Positions 50,498 to 62,692 of a DNA stretch of 64,000 bases are shown here, piece by piece; within the stretch, counting starts at the first letter, position 1; the number at the start of each line of letters is the position of its first letter. The stretch lies in IMG/VR virus record IMGVR_UViG_3300037993_000206, one strand, 5' to 3'. This DNA comes from an uncultured virus (IMG/VR IMGVR_UViG_3300037993_000206) (lineage: Duplodnaviria; Heunggongvirae; Uroviricota; Caudoviricetes). The notes beneath the pieces were generated by a model that saw only the letters and a program-made list of their open reading frames with translations, did no database searches and was not told the DNA's origin. The translations under genes and the position numbers were made by a program.

Positions 50498-50642
50498 TTT
50501 TATAAACTTTGCGTCCTTTTGAATCAGTCCCTACAAGCATTTTAACTGTGCGATTTTTCCCTTTCTTTGTGATAGTTTTTGTCTTGCTTTCAGGAACCAT
50601 GATTGACTTGCGCTCGTATACCGAATAAAACTTAATTGCCAT
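50487..50642 (-). CDS. Small basic beta-rich protein (51 aa, MAIKFYSVYERKSIMVPESKTKTITKKGKNRTVKMLVGTDSKGRKVYKITG), Cc1-like nucleic-acid binder candidate
   Basis: Hand-translated; pattern similarity only. Confidence 0.55.
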   Translation of the reverse strand: MAIKFYSVYERKSIMVPESKTKTITKKGKNRTVKMLVGTDSKGRKVYKITG

Positions 50643-50676
50643 TTTTCACTTCCTTATTATATAATCAATAGTCTAT

Positions 50677-51087
50677 TTACCACCCAATTTTTTTACGCCG
50701 TCTATCTTTGCGGCCTACAACAACTGATTTACTTGCACCACCAATAGTCTTTGTTATAATTCCCAATGGATGCAATTTAGAAGCACGTATTCTATTCTTT
50801 CTTTTTTGAGCAACAGCACCTAATTTTCTAGCCTCTGACATTATAAGTTCAGTATCTCTTTGATTCTTTTGAATTTTAGCTTCCCTTAATTGCTCTTTTA
50901 ATTCAGCTTTTGCATTCGCTTTATCAATTTTATCCTGACGTTTTTGTTCATCTTTTAATCGTTTGTTCAAGTCACCTTGACCTAATGATAAACTCCCAAT
51001 TCCGCCTTTTGCAAAATGCCAATCACCACTACCAGGCCAACCACCTTTAGTCTTTCTTGCTTTTCTAACCTTTCTTTTTACTACCAT
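50677..51087 (-). CDS. Highly basic coiled-coil protein
   Basis: Lys/Arg-rich termini. Confidence 0.65.
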   Translation of the reverse strand: MVVKRKVRKARKTKGGWPGSGDWHFAKGGIGSLSLGQGDLNKRLKDEQKRQDKIDKANAKAELKEQLREAKIQKNQRDTELIMSEARKLGAVAQKRKNRIRASKLHPLGIITKTIGGASKSVVVGRKDRRRKKIGW

Positions 51088-51394
51088 CCTTTTGCCTCCT
51101 TTCGATCAAATTCCAGAAACCTTTAACCCCACCAATCTGTCTGGTTAGTTTTGGTTCACGCCTTTTCGCATGACTATGAGCTTTAGTACAACCTTTCGCC
51201 CAATCTGTTATCTCATACTTCTCATGCCCGATCATAGCATTTTGTAAGTCTTTATGTTCCTTTAAAACTGGGTCTATACGTATTACAGCGACTACATTTG
51301 TGCCTATCCCTTTCGGTTGATTTGCAACAAAGTGTATGGGATTACGACCACGCCGTGACTGTTTATAATAGCGTTTATGAATAGTGACTTTCAT
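51065..51394 (-). CDS. Basic protein with HExxE motif
   Basis: GHEKYE...AHSHA. Confidence 0.6.
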   Translation of the reverse strand: MKVTIHKRYYKQSRRGRNPIHFVANQPKGIGTNVVAVIRIDPVLKEHKDLQNAMIGHEKYEITDWAKGCTKAHSHAKRREPKLTRQIGGVKGFWNLIERRQKDGSKKKG

Positions 51395-51535
51395 TTAGTG
51401 GACTATCCTGACTCGACCCTGCTTATAGGCTCTAACCAATCGTTTATCCCGAAGCATCGGATTACCACCTTTCGTACCATAACGCTTAAACGCATTTTCA
51501 CCATGTCGTCTTTTGATTAATTCTACTCTATCCAT
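51395..51535 (-). CDS. Small basic protein (MDRVELIKRRHGENAFKRYGTKGGNP...)
   Basis: Hand-translated; GGGGTG SD. Confidence 0.55.
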   Translation of the reverse strand: MDRVELIKRRHGENAFKRYGTKGGNPMLRDKRLVRAYKQGRVRIVH

Positions 51536-51599
51536 ATCTTCACCCCAAAGGATAACCCTTTAACCCTTATAATTAGCATAGCACAACTCGCCAGATAAT

Positions 51600-52500
51600 G
51601 CAATAGGGTTAAGCCTTTGTGCCTCAAATTCTTAACTAATTTCACATTAACCTATGGTTGACACTAATTTATAACCTATTTTAGAGCCTAATTTTAACGT
51701 CTTTTTGACGTGTGCCGTGTTTTATGACGTGCCTGATATACCAAAAAACAGCCTGTTTTTAAGCTAAAATTGGCTATAATGACCAAAAAATCAAGCACAA
51801 AACAACCTGGAATAGCCTTTTATTGACGTGCTATTAGTCATGCTACGTCTGCCAGTATCCAGCATTACGCACAGACAAACGGGTATATGTGAGCCTAGAC
51901 GTGAGATAATGAGCTTATGACGTGAATTTAAAGCCTGACCAAAATATACCCTATACGCTCCAAAACAGGCAACAATGGCACGATACCAGAATACCTGATA
52001 GATTGATATACCAGACTGTTTGTTAAGCCTTGCTATGAGCCTTACAAATTAGTTAAGATATTGGTAACTAATAATGTGATAAAAGTCATATACAAGCGTA
52101 AACAGATAGTTTATGATTCAGATAATCAAACGCAAACAGAGAGGTAAGACAAGCAAACAAAGCCACAAGCGGCAAAAATCGAATTTTTAACAGAGCTGGA
52201 AAACTCAAAAAACTTATCCGATCCGATACTGAATATGATTTAAAACTATGTTGCGGTTGTCTCTCAATCAATCCGAATAAGCTGACAGCGGTAAACGTGA
52301 GGCAGGATTGAAAAAGTAGATAGTCGAAATGTTAGACATCTAATAAGGATGATAGCAGAATTGTAGATGATAAACAGTAACAAGGTAAACAATGTAACAG
52401 GTAAATATAATTTTTAATCTTTTGGTAAGCTGGCCAGAATTTCAGGCGATTACGTTTAAGATTGATATTGATTGAATCGAATTGACGTGAGTTATGCAGA
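51600..52500. other. Non-coding divergence region with repeated GACGTG and AGCCT words; candidate origin or genome-end junction
   Basis: Coding strand switches here; GACGTG at 51707, 51726, 51825, 51898, 51919, 52484. Confidence 0.45.
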
Positions 52501-55309
52501 TAGATTAATTGATACGCTTAAATTCAAAATTTGAAATATTGGCCAGCTTCTACAAGTGATTAAGATAAGGAGCGTACAATATGACAATCGAACAATTAAA
52601 AGCATGGTTTGTTAGTCGTGGATACAGTCAAGATAAATATGGACATTACCAAAAAACTTTAACGATAGGCGATAAGTCAAATACTTACAGATACAAGATT
52701 CAGGATATATCGATCAGAAAAGAAGTACAAATTACAGTCAATAGTTACAATAACACGCCTGTCCACGAATGGGTTAGACTTGCAAGTGGATATATTAGCA
52801 AGTTATCGATTAACGATAAAAATCAATTAGTCGGATTAAAAGCGTAATCATTTTATGAGACTCCCAAATCTAAATGATAATGGTTTGAGAGTCTGATTAA
52901 GTGATTAAATATAAGGAGTGTATAAAATGGGAAAGTATACAGACGAACAAGTGATTCAACTCATTGAGGCATTAAACGCATGGATGAAGTACGCAGATAC
53001 TAACTATTCGGGAGATGGTATGGATGCCATTAAACTAACTAGACTCGCATTATCTAACATTAAATAGCTAATCCCTTATACGATAGGCTGTAAGGTTTAA
53101 GGCTTTACGGTCTATGGTTTGAGTGATTAAGAAGTAAATATATAAGGAGTATCAAAACTATGAAAACTTTAAAATATCCGACTACATTAAAAGACTGCTT
53201 GTATAACTTTCACCCATCCTCTGGTAGTAATCCGGTTTATAATAAAGGTTTGATTGTAGGTGCTATATCTGGATTAATGGCTGTCGGATATACATTTGAG
53301 GATGCCTGTCAATTGGTTAACGAAAATTTACCATCGCAGAATAACCTTGATGTCTCATTACCTGAATCGTGGATAGAAGTATTCGCAAAATATCAAAAAT
53401 AAGGAGTGTATTAAAATGGTTTGCAACAAAAAACATAGTAATGTACTAATTGGAGATGGTCGTATTTTAACATTGAATGAGTTAAAAAATTTAACGCATA
53501 GTGAAGTATACATACAAGGGAAGTGCGGCCACTTTTTGAAAGTGCGAATTAATGGCCAGGTCAAAACATGGAAACGTAATCCAGACAAGGTACAAATACC
53601 TTACAAGTATGGACTATATGAGTATGGTTATATCACTGAAAATGATATCGTAAAAATTGATTGTTAATATTTTTATGAGTATCCATTAAAGCGTTAACCT
53701 TAGTGGATACTGATTAGAGTATTAAAGTATAAGGAGCGTAAACTATGAACGATATTGACTCATTAAAATTGACAGACTCGCAATTAAATAAGTTAGCTAA
53801 AATTGCCAAAAATGAAAACATAAGTCTAAATGACGCAATAAAAATATACGTATCAATCAAAGTAAATTACCGCCAATTTCTTGATATCGCAAACCTTAAG
53901 TCTGCATGGTTTGAAACTATGAGCCAAGCTAATTCATTTAAACAAACAATGGAGTCTGAAGGATACATAGTATTTGAACCACATTATGCAATAATGATGC
54001 GTGACTTACTAGGTTAGTGGATGATATTACAGTTTGTAAAGAATGTTTTGATCAGTTTCAAAAATGGTTATTACTTCAGGCCTATCGTAATTCATACCCA
54101 ACATATACAAAAATGCGACAAACTAAGGCATATTAGAAGTGATGCAGAATTATTAAATATTGCTAAACTTTGTGGCATAAAATAGGAGCGTTAAAAATGA
54201 TAACAAAGCAAAATATAAGTATCACAGAAGATATGAAACAAGCGGCAAAAACTTTATTTATGGCTATGGCTTTTACAGAAACAATCCGGCCAATAGTTGA
54301 AGGATACCAACAAAAAATCATTAACGAAATGAAGCCACAAGTCAATGAAAGAGATGCACAAATTTGTCGGATGGGATTTAAAATTATTACAAATCCTAAA
54401 CATTCATATTTAATGAATAATACAGACTTTCAAACCTACCTCAAGCGATGTAATGAGGAAAGAATCAAGGCTAAATTACATGTAGATAATGAGGAGTTTT
54501 GTCCATTATTAGTCGCTGAACATCTACAAAGTCAGGCTGAACGTGTTTTTGTTGAAGCTATGGAACCGATCACCCATTTATCACCTGATAAGGTTTTATG
54601 CTCAAAAGACGGATTAAACAATTATAAAAAATTAATAGACTTATCCTTAAGACTTTTAGCACCTTATGTTAAAAATAAAATATAGGAGATTAATAACTTG
54701 ACAGAAATAAAACTGAATTTTAAACCGACTGCAAGCGAAAATATTTTTATATCAGAACCTTATAAAGTAGTCCATTATGATTGGGTAAATAATGGAACTA
54801 TTGAGCGTTCAAATTGGCGGGCATACCATAGAATAATGTGTCCAGTATCTCATAAATGGTTATTCGGTAATGCTGTAGAATATAAATCACAGTATGAAAG
54901 TGTAGAATATCCAACAAAAGAGGCGGCAATATCCGCTTGTCAAAAACACTTTGAAAGTGAAGAAGGTAAAGCATTAATTAAAGAGCATAATAAATATTTT
55001 AAAGGATGATAAAATGAATACTTATAAAGTAATTGGGGAATCAAGGGAAGTCGGGGCAATAGGAATTTTTGAGCCGTTTATAGATTTTATCGATGTTGAA
55101 ACTTCAAAACAGGCATATAATCAAGTACGGGAAAAACTATACGCCCACAATCGAGAACATGTACATATTAAACAAATTTACTTAAAAGCTGAACCTATGG
55201 GGTGGCTTTCTGTTAATCCTACTCAATACCTTTAATCTATCACACGCTAACATCTAAGCATCAAAGTATTTTGTTTAGGTGTTAGGGTATAGTAGATTAA
55301 ATATAGGAG
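52415..55309 (+). repeat. Five intercistronic long hairpins TAAT(C)...(G)ATTA each followed by a (TA)AGGAG SD (about 52415, 52845, 53069, 53665, 55233)
   Basis: Visible inverted repeats with a shared 3' consensus GTGATTAA-N-TAAGGAG. Confidence 0.65.
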
Positions 55310-58300
55310 TGTGTAAAATGATTGAATTAGCAAAAACTTATAATCAGGTTAAAGCCGCCCGAGTTTATTATGACCCGAAGTATAACGCATTTTTTCAAGT
55401 CAAAATATGGCATTGTAAGAGCGTTGTAATTGGTGGATTTGCCAACTTTTACACGGATGCTCAAACTTGTATAGGTAGATATTCGATGTCAAAAGGATAT
55501 CTAAAGAATTGTATAGCAGTACCAGACGCAAGTCTATTTAATAAAGCATATCCTTTACAAGATACTTTCCATGTTTCCGGTGAAATGGATTATTCGTGGT
55601 ATGAGCATTTTAGAGCATTAAAAAGACAGTCTAAATTAACTGATGATAATAAAGACTGGCCGAATTATGATTATTGGTACGATTGGGAAACTGATAATGA
55701 GGATGACCCCATATCAAACGTAAAAGAAGACTCGTGTTATGATGACCTTTATGATAATCCTGATTTAAAGGGATAAGTTTAAGAGTATAGGAGTGTGACA
55801 AATGATCGCACAATTCGATAAATTCTATATTGTTTTAACAAAGAAACAAGCTCAATCAGTTAGTCATCCAGGCCCATGTGATATTGATGTTAATTTACTA
55901 CTAAATGATAACCATATCCGCCAACAACTTAATGCAATATCTGATAACGATTTATCAGACGCACTCCGTGAATATGGGGCATGGAATGAAACTGAACTTT
56001 TAAATCGTGCGAATAATGAACAAAGAATCATTTGGATTAGTGGTGGTATTATCGTAGAAGATTTTAAGGCATAACCCTATAAGTAATAAAGTAAAAGGAG
56101 AATTACAAATGCAGTATAAAGTGTCAATAACAACCACGACTAAAGATACAAAATTAATTACGTTTATCCATGCGGATAATTTACCAGATGCAGAAAATAT
56201 AATCAAAGGGTATAATCTAAAACATCCTGATTGGAATATGCAACTACTACAAACAGTCGGTCATCCAGACAGTAAATTAATGCCAATAGAATATATTTAA
56301 AGTGAGGTATCAAAATGGCCGAAACTAAAAAAGATGTAATCACAATTCACTGGGAACGTCAAAACTCAAAGCATGAGGTTGAATTGGAAGATAATTATTA
56401 TAAAGGATATTGTCTAACTCATGGGGAATTTGTAACAAGGCAATCACGTTGTTCTCACTTCCCTTGTCAATCTGCTATGTGGTCAGATTTATGGGAGATG
56501 GGACTAAAAAAGATCGATTAAAAATAAGGGATAAGTCTATAAAGGAGAGGATGTAAAAATGCAAAAAGTAAAGTATACAATCTATGACAATGGTGGTAAA
56601 ACTTACGACAGATATACATTAAGAGTCTTAACTTCACCTCAAGAATTTACAACTGATACTGAAATGACTAAAAATCTTTTACGTAAATACGGGAAGCATT
56701 TTAATGAGATGTGGGGATTTAATGAGGAGCCTTTTTATCCTCAAGGGTAAGGATTGTAAAAATGACATTACAAAATGGAGTAATTTATCCAGAACAAAAG
56801 ACTTACGGGGAATCAAAATTAAACGCATTAATCTTTATGAGAGTATCTTATATTCAAGCGACAAAAAGTGAATGGATAACCTTAGATACTTTACTTAATT
56901 GGAATGAAATATTAAACATGAGGAGAAATTAAATGATTAAGATTTTAAAATTAGACCACCATCGTAACGGTGTTGCGGGTGAAGGTTTCCATGTGGCAAC
57001 TTTTAAATGGTATGATTCAGATAGTCGTAAAGGCAGGCATATGGTAGGGATTATTTTTGAGGGTCAAGGTCAGTGTGCCGTATTAGATATTGATGAAACT
57101 CTTAAAGATAATGTTGAATTTGCACATGGTAACTCGTGGCGTGGCGACCACTTTGAAGATGATTTAAGAAAAGCTATTGAGGCATTTAGAAAAGAATGTT
57201 AGTAATACGTTGTAGTATGGATAAGGTTTCAAACTCTATTAAAGATGTTCGGGGAAAGTTTAAATGTCAGAAACACTGTCAGGATTGTGGATTAATTGTA
57301 ATAAAAAGTGAGGCATAAGATGGGTAATGAAACAAAACAAATACCTGAATACGCAAAAGGTAAATGGTGTCAGGCCGAAAATACTGGAGTTATAATTGTT
57401 GATAAAAGACAATTCGGTGAAGAACCTCAATATAAGGTAAAGGGTTACATGGTCGCTAATATTGGCATGGACGAAACACATATTCAGGATTCAATCACTA
57501 ACCGGAAATATGTTATAGATTTAGTAAATACAAGTGTAAATCAATGTCAGTCAGTAAATAAGGATAACCCATTAGTAGTAGCAGAAACTATTAAAGAAAT
57601 GGTCACAGCTTTAAAAGCGGCAAACTCTGACATAGAAACTTATTGGGATAAAACTAAACTCTTAATTAGTGCAAATACTTACGAATTAATTAAAGAAGTT
57701 TTGAATAAAATTAGCGAGGCAAATAATATGGGAACAAACGAACAAGAAGTAAATCGACTAAGAAAATGCTATCCATTATTTACTTTCGATTACAAAAAAG
57801 AAAATGAGGCTAAAGGTTTTAATAACCTTACAATAAATTATTCAGAAGGTTCCGCATTCCATACTTCTATTAAAGATGGACGGACAGATAGGGAATTAGA
57901 ACAAGAACTTGACCACAAACATTTACAGGCACTCATGAGTCAAGATTTAATGAAACTTTATCCTGATTTATATGTACATATTTATGCAGATAGCAACGGT
58001 TGCACAGTTCACGTTTGGGTTAAGAGAGATGGTCGAGACTTTGAATCAATCGGGACATTAAACGTACTAGATTTAGACTTTCATAAGACCTTAACCATCT
58101 GGCAAAAAGAAGCACTACAAGCTAAACAAGATGGTTGGTTTTTCTGTTCGGGACATTTAAAGGCAGAGCGTAAATCAGATTACGGATACTTTTATTTTGC
58201 TGGAAATTATTGCAAACAATGGGGAGATGAACACCCGAATCATAGAGATATGGCGGCAAGAGAAGATTATATTTAGGAGTAATGATTGATGGTTAAGCGG

Positions 58301-58809
58301 ACAAAGCCCCAAACGATAGACCAGAGTGTAGTTAATTTACAAGCACAACGTATTGAGGAACTTGAAGCACAAGTTAAACAATGCCAACAGACAATTAATG
58401 AATACCACGACAATCTTATTAAACTTGAATTACTTAAACAAGCACTGATATACACGCTTGATAATTCCAATTCATCTCTTAAATTATGGCTTTCGCAACA
58501 CCCTGATGACCCTATCCTTAATTCTATAGTTGAAAGGAATGAAACAGTTTTAACAAAAGCAAAAAGTGAGGTTTAAGCCTTATGTATTATAACCATAAAG
58601 GAGAACGATGCCTCTACCGACCCATAACTTGTCAAGAAGATTCAGGGTGTAATAACTGTTGCATAAAATTGGAGCCGGAAATATTAACGTGCGAACTTTG
58701 TGGAAAAGCTGGCTACGATGTGACACGTCAAACATATCAGGGTGAAATAGTAATTGTCTGTAACGATACCGATAGCTGCCTCAAAAGAAAACTTGACAGA
58801 CAAGTCTAG
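52581..58809 (+). CDS. Array of about 18 short early-type hypothetical genes (e.g. 52581, 53160, 53416, 53745, 54170, 54698, 55014, 55279, 55802, 56109, 56315, 56559, 56933, 57308, 58286, 58582)
   Basis: Co-oriented ORFs, most with AAGGAG/GAGG SD; grouped. Confidence 0.65.
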
Positions 58810-58827
58810 TAGTGCTATCATAGAATT

Positions 58828-58995
58828 ATGAAGATACAAAAACTCAAGTGCATAAGGTGTAAAAAGGAATGGATAGCTAGGGTTAAAAATCCAAAGCGTT
58901 GCCCTCAATGCAAAAGTCCTTATTGGAATAAACCATATGAGCGAAAGTTTCCAGATGATTTAATCCCTTGTATGAAAGATTTACCAATAGAATAA
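58828..58995 (+). CDS. Small zinc-ribbon protein (55 aa, MKIQKLKCIRCKKEWIARVKNPKRCPQCKSPYWNKP...)
   Basis: Hand-translated; paralog of 18276 and 35334 genes. Confidence 0.7.
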   Translation: MKIQKLKCIRCKKEWIARVKNPKRCPQCKSPYWNKPYERKFPDDLIPCMKDLPIE

Positions 58996-59012
58996 AAAGA
59001 GGAGTTAATAAA

Positions 59013-60092
59013 TTGAATAATTACATTGAATGTAAAACCCAACAAGAATTAGAAGTTTGTTGTAAAAATTATGATATTGCTATCGTTCGAAACGGTATTT
59101 TTACTGCTAGGGAAAATTTTCAAGTCACCGCTTGGGAAAATTCTCAAGTCACCGCTTGGGGAAATTCTCAAGTCACCGCTAGGGAAAATTCTCAAGTCAC
59201 CGCTAGGGAAAATTCTCAAGTCACCGCTTGGGAAAATTCTCAAGTCACCGCTTGGGGAAATTCTCAAGTCACCGCTTGGGAAAATTCTCAAGTCACCGCT
59301 TGGGAAAATTCTCAAGTCACCGCTAGGGAAAATTCTCAAGTCACCGCTTGGGAAAATTCTCAAGTCACCGCTTGGGAAAATTCTCAAGTCACCGCTAGGG
59401 GAAATTCTCAAGTCACCGCTTGGGAAAATTCTCAAGTCACCGCTAGGGGAAATTCTCAAGTCACCGCTAGGGGAAATTCTCAAGTCACCGCTTGGGAAAA
59501 TTCTCAAGTCACCGCTTGGGAAAATTCTCAAGTCACCGCTTGGGAAAATTCTCAAGTCACCGCTTATAATTATAGTATGGTTAGAGCTTGTGATTATTCA
59601 GTAGTAAAAGCTTCTGGCTATAACGCCCTAACCCAAAATGGAGATAATGCTAAAATCACCAAATCAAAAAATTGTACTTTGATTAAAGTACCTGATAAGG
59701 TAACATCCCTTAAAGAATATATGGACTTTTATCCTTGCAAAGTTACTGATACTGCTATCTATTTATACAAGGCTGTCAAAAAAGATTTAAAAGCCTTTTA
59801 CGATGGAGTTACTCAATATCCCGTTAAAGGTAAAATTTCTACCGATGTTTTAAGTCCATCATCTAGCGGTAGTTGTGCTAAAGGTCTACATTTCTCTCAC
59901 TTTGATTGGGCTGTTAATTTGGGACAATCATCTGGTAAATTTGTAATTCTAAAGGCTCGTATACCGAAGATTAACCCTCAAACTAAAAAAGAAAATATTG
60001 TAGTCAGTGAAGATTGTGATGGTAAACTACGATGCCAATATGCGGAGATTGTAGAAGTTATTAAAGATTGGCAACATTATCAAGATAAGTAA
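59013..60092 (+). CDS. Octapeptide-repeat beta-solenoid protein with C-terminal globular domain (YKAV...C..GLHF...DGKLR)
   Basis: GGAG SD before TTG 59013; A(W/R)(E/G)NSQVT repeats. Confidence 0.8.
   Translation: MNNYIECKTQQELEVCCKNYDIAIVRNGIFTARENFQVTAWENSQVTAWGNSQVTARENSQVTARENSQVTAWENSQVTAWGNSQVTAWENSQVTAWENSQVTARENSQVTAWENSQVTAWENSQVTARGNSQVTAWENSQVTARGNSQVTARGNSQVTAWENSQVTAWENSQVTAWENSQVTAYNYSMVRACDYSVVKASGYNALTQNGDNAKITKSKNCTLIKVPDKVTSLKEYMDFYPCKVTDTAIYLYKAVKKDLKAFYDGVTQYPVKGKISTDVLSPSSSGSCAKGLHFSHFDWAVNLGQSSGKFVILKARIPKINPQTKKENIVVSEDCDGKLRCQYAEIVEVIKDWQHYQDK
59106..59561 (+). repeat. 19 tandem 24-nt repeats GCT(T/A)GGG(A/G)AAATTCTCAAGTCACC
   Basis: Direct count. Confidence 0.95.
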
Positions 60093-60133
60093 TTATACCA
60101 TCTATGCAAGATATTAAAGAGGAGTAGATAAAA

Positions 60134-61795
60134 ATGGAACAAATAAATTTTGAAGATACAAGTAAAGAGTTAATCCGACAACTTGAAATGACACTAACTA
60201 AGCTGGCACTTGCCGCCGATGCTGGTATAACTACAAGTGAATTGGAATCTAAGTCGCAAAAATTAGCAGGTAAAATAAAGGCTTCAGTTGAATTATTCGG
60301 TAATGCAGCCTTATATAAAGATGTTAAGGGTGAAGAACTTTATAGTTGGTGTATGATAGATAAGTTACCTGACGATATTTATATTCGATACGCCAATCTT
60401 TGTAAACGATGCCACACACAACTTGACATCGTAATTGAGAAAGAAACTAAATTCTTTTTCGCTAAATACGCTGATAATATATATATCAATTTAGCCGATT
60501 TGCCAACAGTTGAAACTCCCACTTTTAAAGTTAAAATTGAAGGTAATACTCTCATGGCTGTTAGGGCCGACTTACTCGCAAAGTTACCGGAAAGCGCAAA
60601 GAAACTATTAAATAAAGAGGAGAATTAAAATGAACAACGTAATGACAATCAACCCCGAATTAAAGAAAATGGTAGAAAGTAAGACCGACCATATGCCCGA
60701 CACATTAGCCCACATTTTAACACCCTTAGAATTAGGTAAAATGTGGGTAGTCCATCCAACTGATAATGACCCTGTTTTAATGTCAGAGAAACACGGTGTC
60801 GTTGCCTTATGGTTTAACTTTTAACAATATGAACTTTGCGAGTAAGTGAGGTAAATAATGGAAATCCAATTTAACCAAACTATAGATATAACCATATCCC
60901 GAACTGATGAAGTGTTTTGTCGCATCACAAGAGGGGTAACAGACGGTATAGAAGTAGGGGACACCTGGTTATCTATGCCTTTAGACGTAGCAATGATTTT
61001 ACACGCTAAACTAGGACACGCTATTGAAGAAGGTAAAGAACAAATGAACGCTAAAATTAAAGAGGCTTTGAAATGACTAGCATAGAGACTTTACGTTCTG
61101 AAAAACGATGCGTTGAAACCGTATATCCTAATGACCAGTATGGGTCTTTTCATGGGCATCAATGCAATAAAATGGGAATAATTAAGCGTGATGGGAAATG
61201 GTATTGTAAAATCCATGACCCTGAATATATTAAAGAGAAACACTTAAAACTTAGAGATAAATGGGACAAACAATATAAAATCAGTCAGCTAAATTTTGAG
61301 CGTGAACAAGTTATCAATACTCTTACGAATGGATATTCTACCGAACTGCTAAAGTCTAATACAATCAAAATTAGAGGGTTTATTGAAGCCTTAAAAGGAA
61401 GTGGACTATGAGACAAGTCGAAAACTCACAACACGGATTGACTTGTGAACTTTGTAAAAAGGTTTTACTACAAGGCTCAATGGTCTACAAGGATTTTCGC
61501 TCCAATAAAGTCTACTGTTTAAAGTGTGGGAATATTAAAAGAAACTAAAAAGCGAGGATTGGAAATGAATAAAATGGCTCGAACTTTTGATGTAAAAATC
61601 GTACAAATGCGACAAGGTATTTCAGTAATCCCACGACAAAACTTGATATGCAACATACCTATAATAGAGGGTTTAGCCTACAAAACAAAACCCTATGATT
61701 TATTCGGAGAAGATGAACCAATAGATGTTATCAATGAATGGGCTACCGATGGTGGTAGTACACTAAACTTAGGAGAATATAACGATGGTAACTAA
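60134..61795 (+). CDS. Further hypothetical genes (60134, 60630, 60858, 61073 with YCxxH motif, 61526)
   Basis: SD-preceded ORFs; grouped. Confidence 0.6.
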
Positions 61796-62056
61796 AGATT
61801 TACATGATATACCACAACTCCAACCAGTCAAAGTTATTGCTTTCAAGATTTGTCCGAAATGCGGCGGGAATCTAGGAATAGAATCAGATTGTTACGGGAA
61901 ATATTTAAGTTGTATTCAGTGCGGGTATGAAAAAGATATAAAGTAAATGCTTACAGCGAGTTGGATACCATTGGGGTTAATAGGACTTATCATTATTTAT
62001 CTGGTTATTTTTTGGAACTTAGAACGAATTAAGAAACTGTTTAAACGGAGTAAATA

Positions 62057-62476
62057 ATGCTTGCTAAGTTTGTATTTGTAACTGAAATTCATCAAGACAA
62101 AACTAAAAATGGAACACCCTATACCTACATTTTTGACCAGGATAAAACCCGATGGTCATTCTTTAAAGGTGAAAAAGTAGAAACAAATAAAGGGTATATC
62201 TTTCACTATGAAGAAGAAAATGGATTCTTTAATGTGAAACAAATTGAACCGGCTACTAACGTATTTAAAGTTGAAGCAGCAAAGGAACTCGCATCAAAGA
62301 ATGACATCGTAAGGAATCTAGGAATTGCTACTTCGTATGCTGTCGATTTAGTAAATGGGAAATCTATTGAGTTAAAGGATTTAGAGACTTATGCCTTGAA
62401 GTTATATAAGTTCATTCAATCCGAATCAGAGAGTATGTATAATGCTACTCAAACACCTAAACAAGAAATAAAGTAA
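62057..62476 (+). CDS. Putative OB-fold ssDNA-binding protein
   Basis: Beta-rich N-terminus (TKNG.PY...F, WSFF, FFNV) plus helical tail; pattern only. Confidence 0.45.
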   Translation: MLAKFVFVTEIHQDKTKNGTPYTYIFDQDKTRWSFFKGEKVETNKGYIFHYEEENGFFNVKQIEPATNVFKVEAAKELASKNDIVRNLGIATSYAVDLVNGKSIELKDLETYALKLYKFIQSESESMYNATQTPKQEIK

Positions 62477-62488
62477 GGAGATATTAAA

Positions 62489-62692
62489 ATGGAACGATGT
62501 GAAATCTGCGGTAAAACAGATGCTATCCAATTCCCAAATATTTATAATTTATCTCTATGTAATTATTGTTTTAACAGTGATAAGTTTAGGAACGAAATTC
62601 ACTCAATTCAAACCAACTGGACATCTCAACGTAACCTTGCTCTTCAATTATTAAAGTGTACATCTATCTCTAATAGAGCGTTTGGAGAATGA
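62489..62692 (+). CDS. Small zinc-finger protein
   Basis: CEIC...CNYC. Confidence 0.6.
   Translation: MERCEICGKTDAIQFPNIYNLSLCNYCFNSDKFRNEIHSIQTNWTSQRNLALQLLKCTSISNRAFGE

Noticed and set aside
52845..53736. Hammerhead ribozymes in the intercistronic hairpins
   Set aside because: CTGA and ATGA words occur but not as a CUGANGA core with a GAAA partner
59106..59561. CRISPR array or DGR variable region
   Set aside because: No unique spacers, in-frame coding repeat, and no cas gene, reverse transcriptase or template repeat in the window
59049..59604. Overlapping 168-aa and 177-aa ORFs
   Set aside because: Stop-free by-products of the 24-nt repeat
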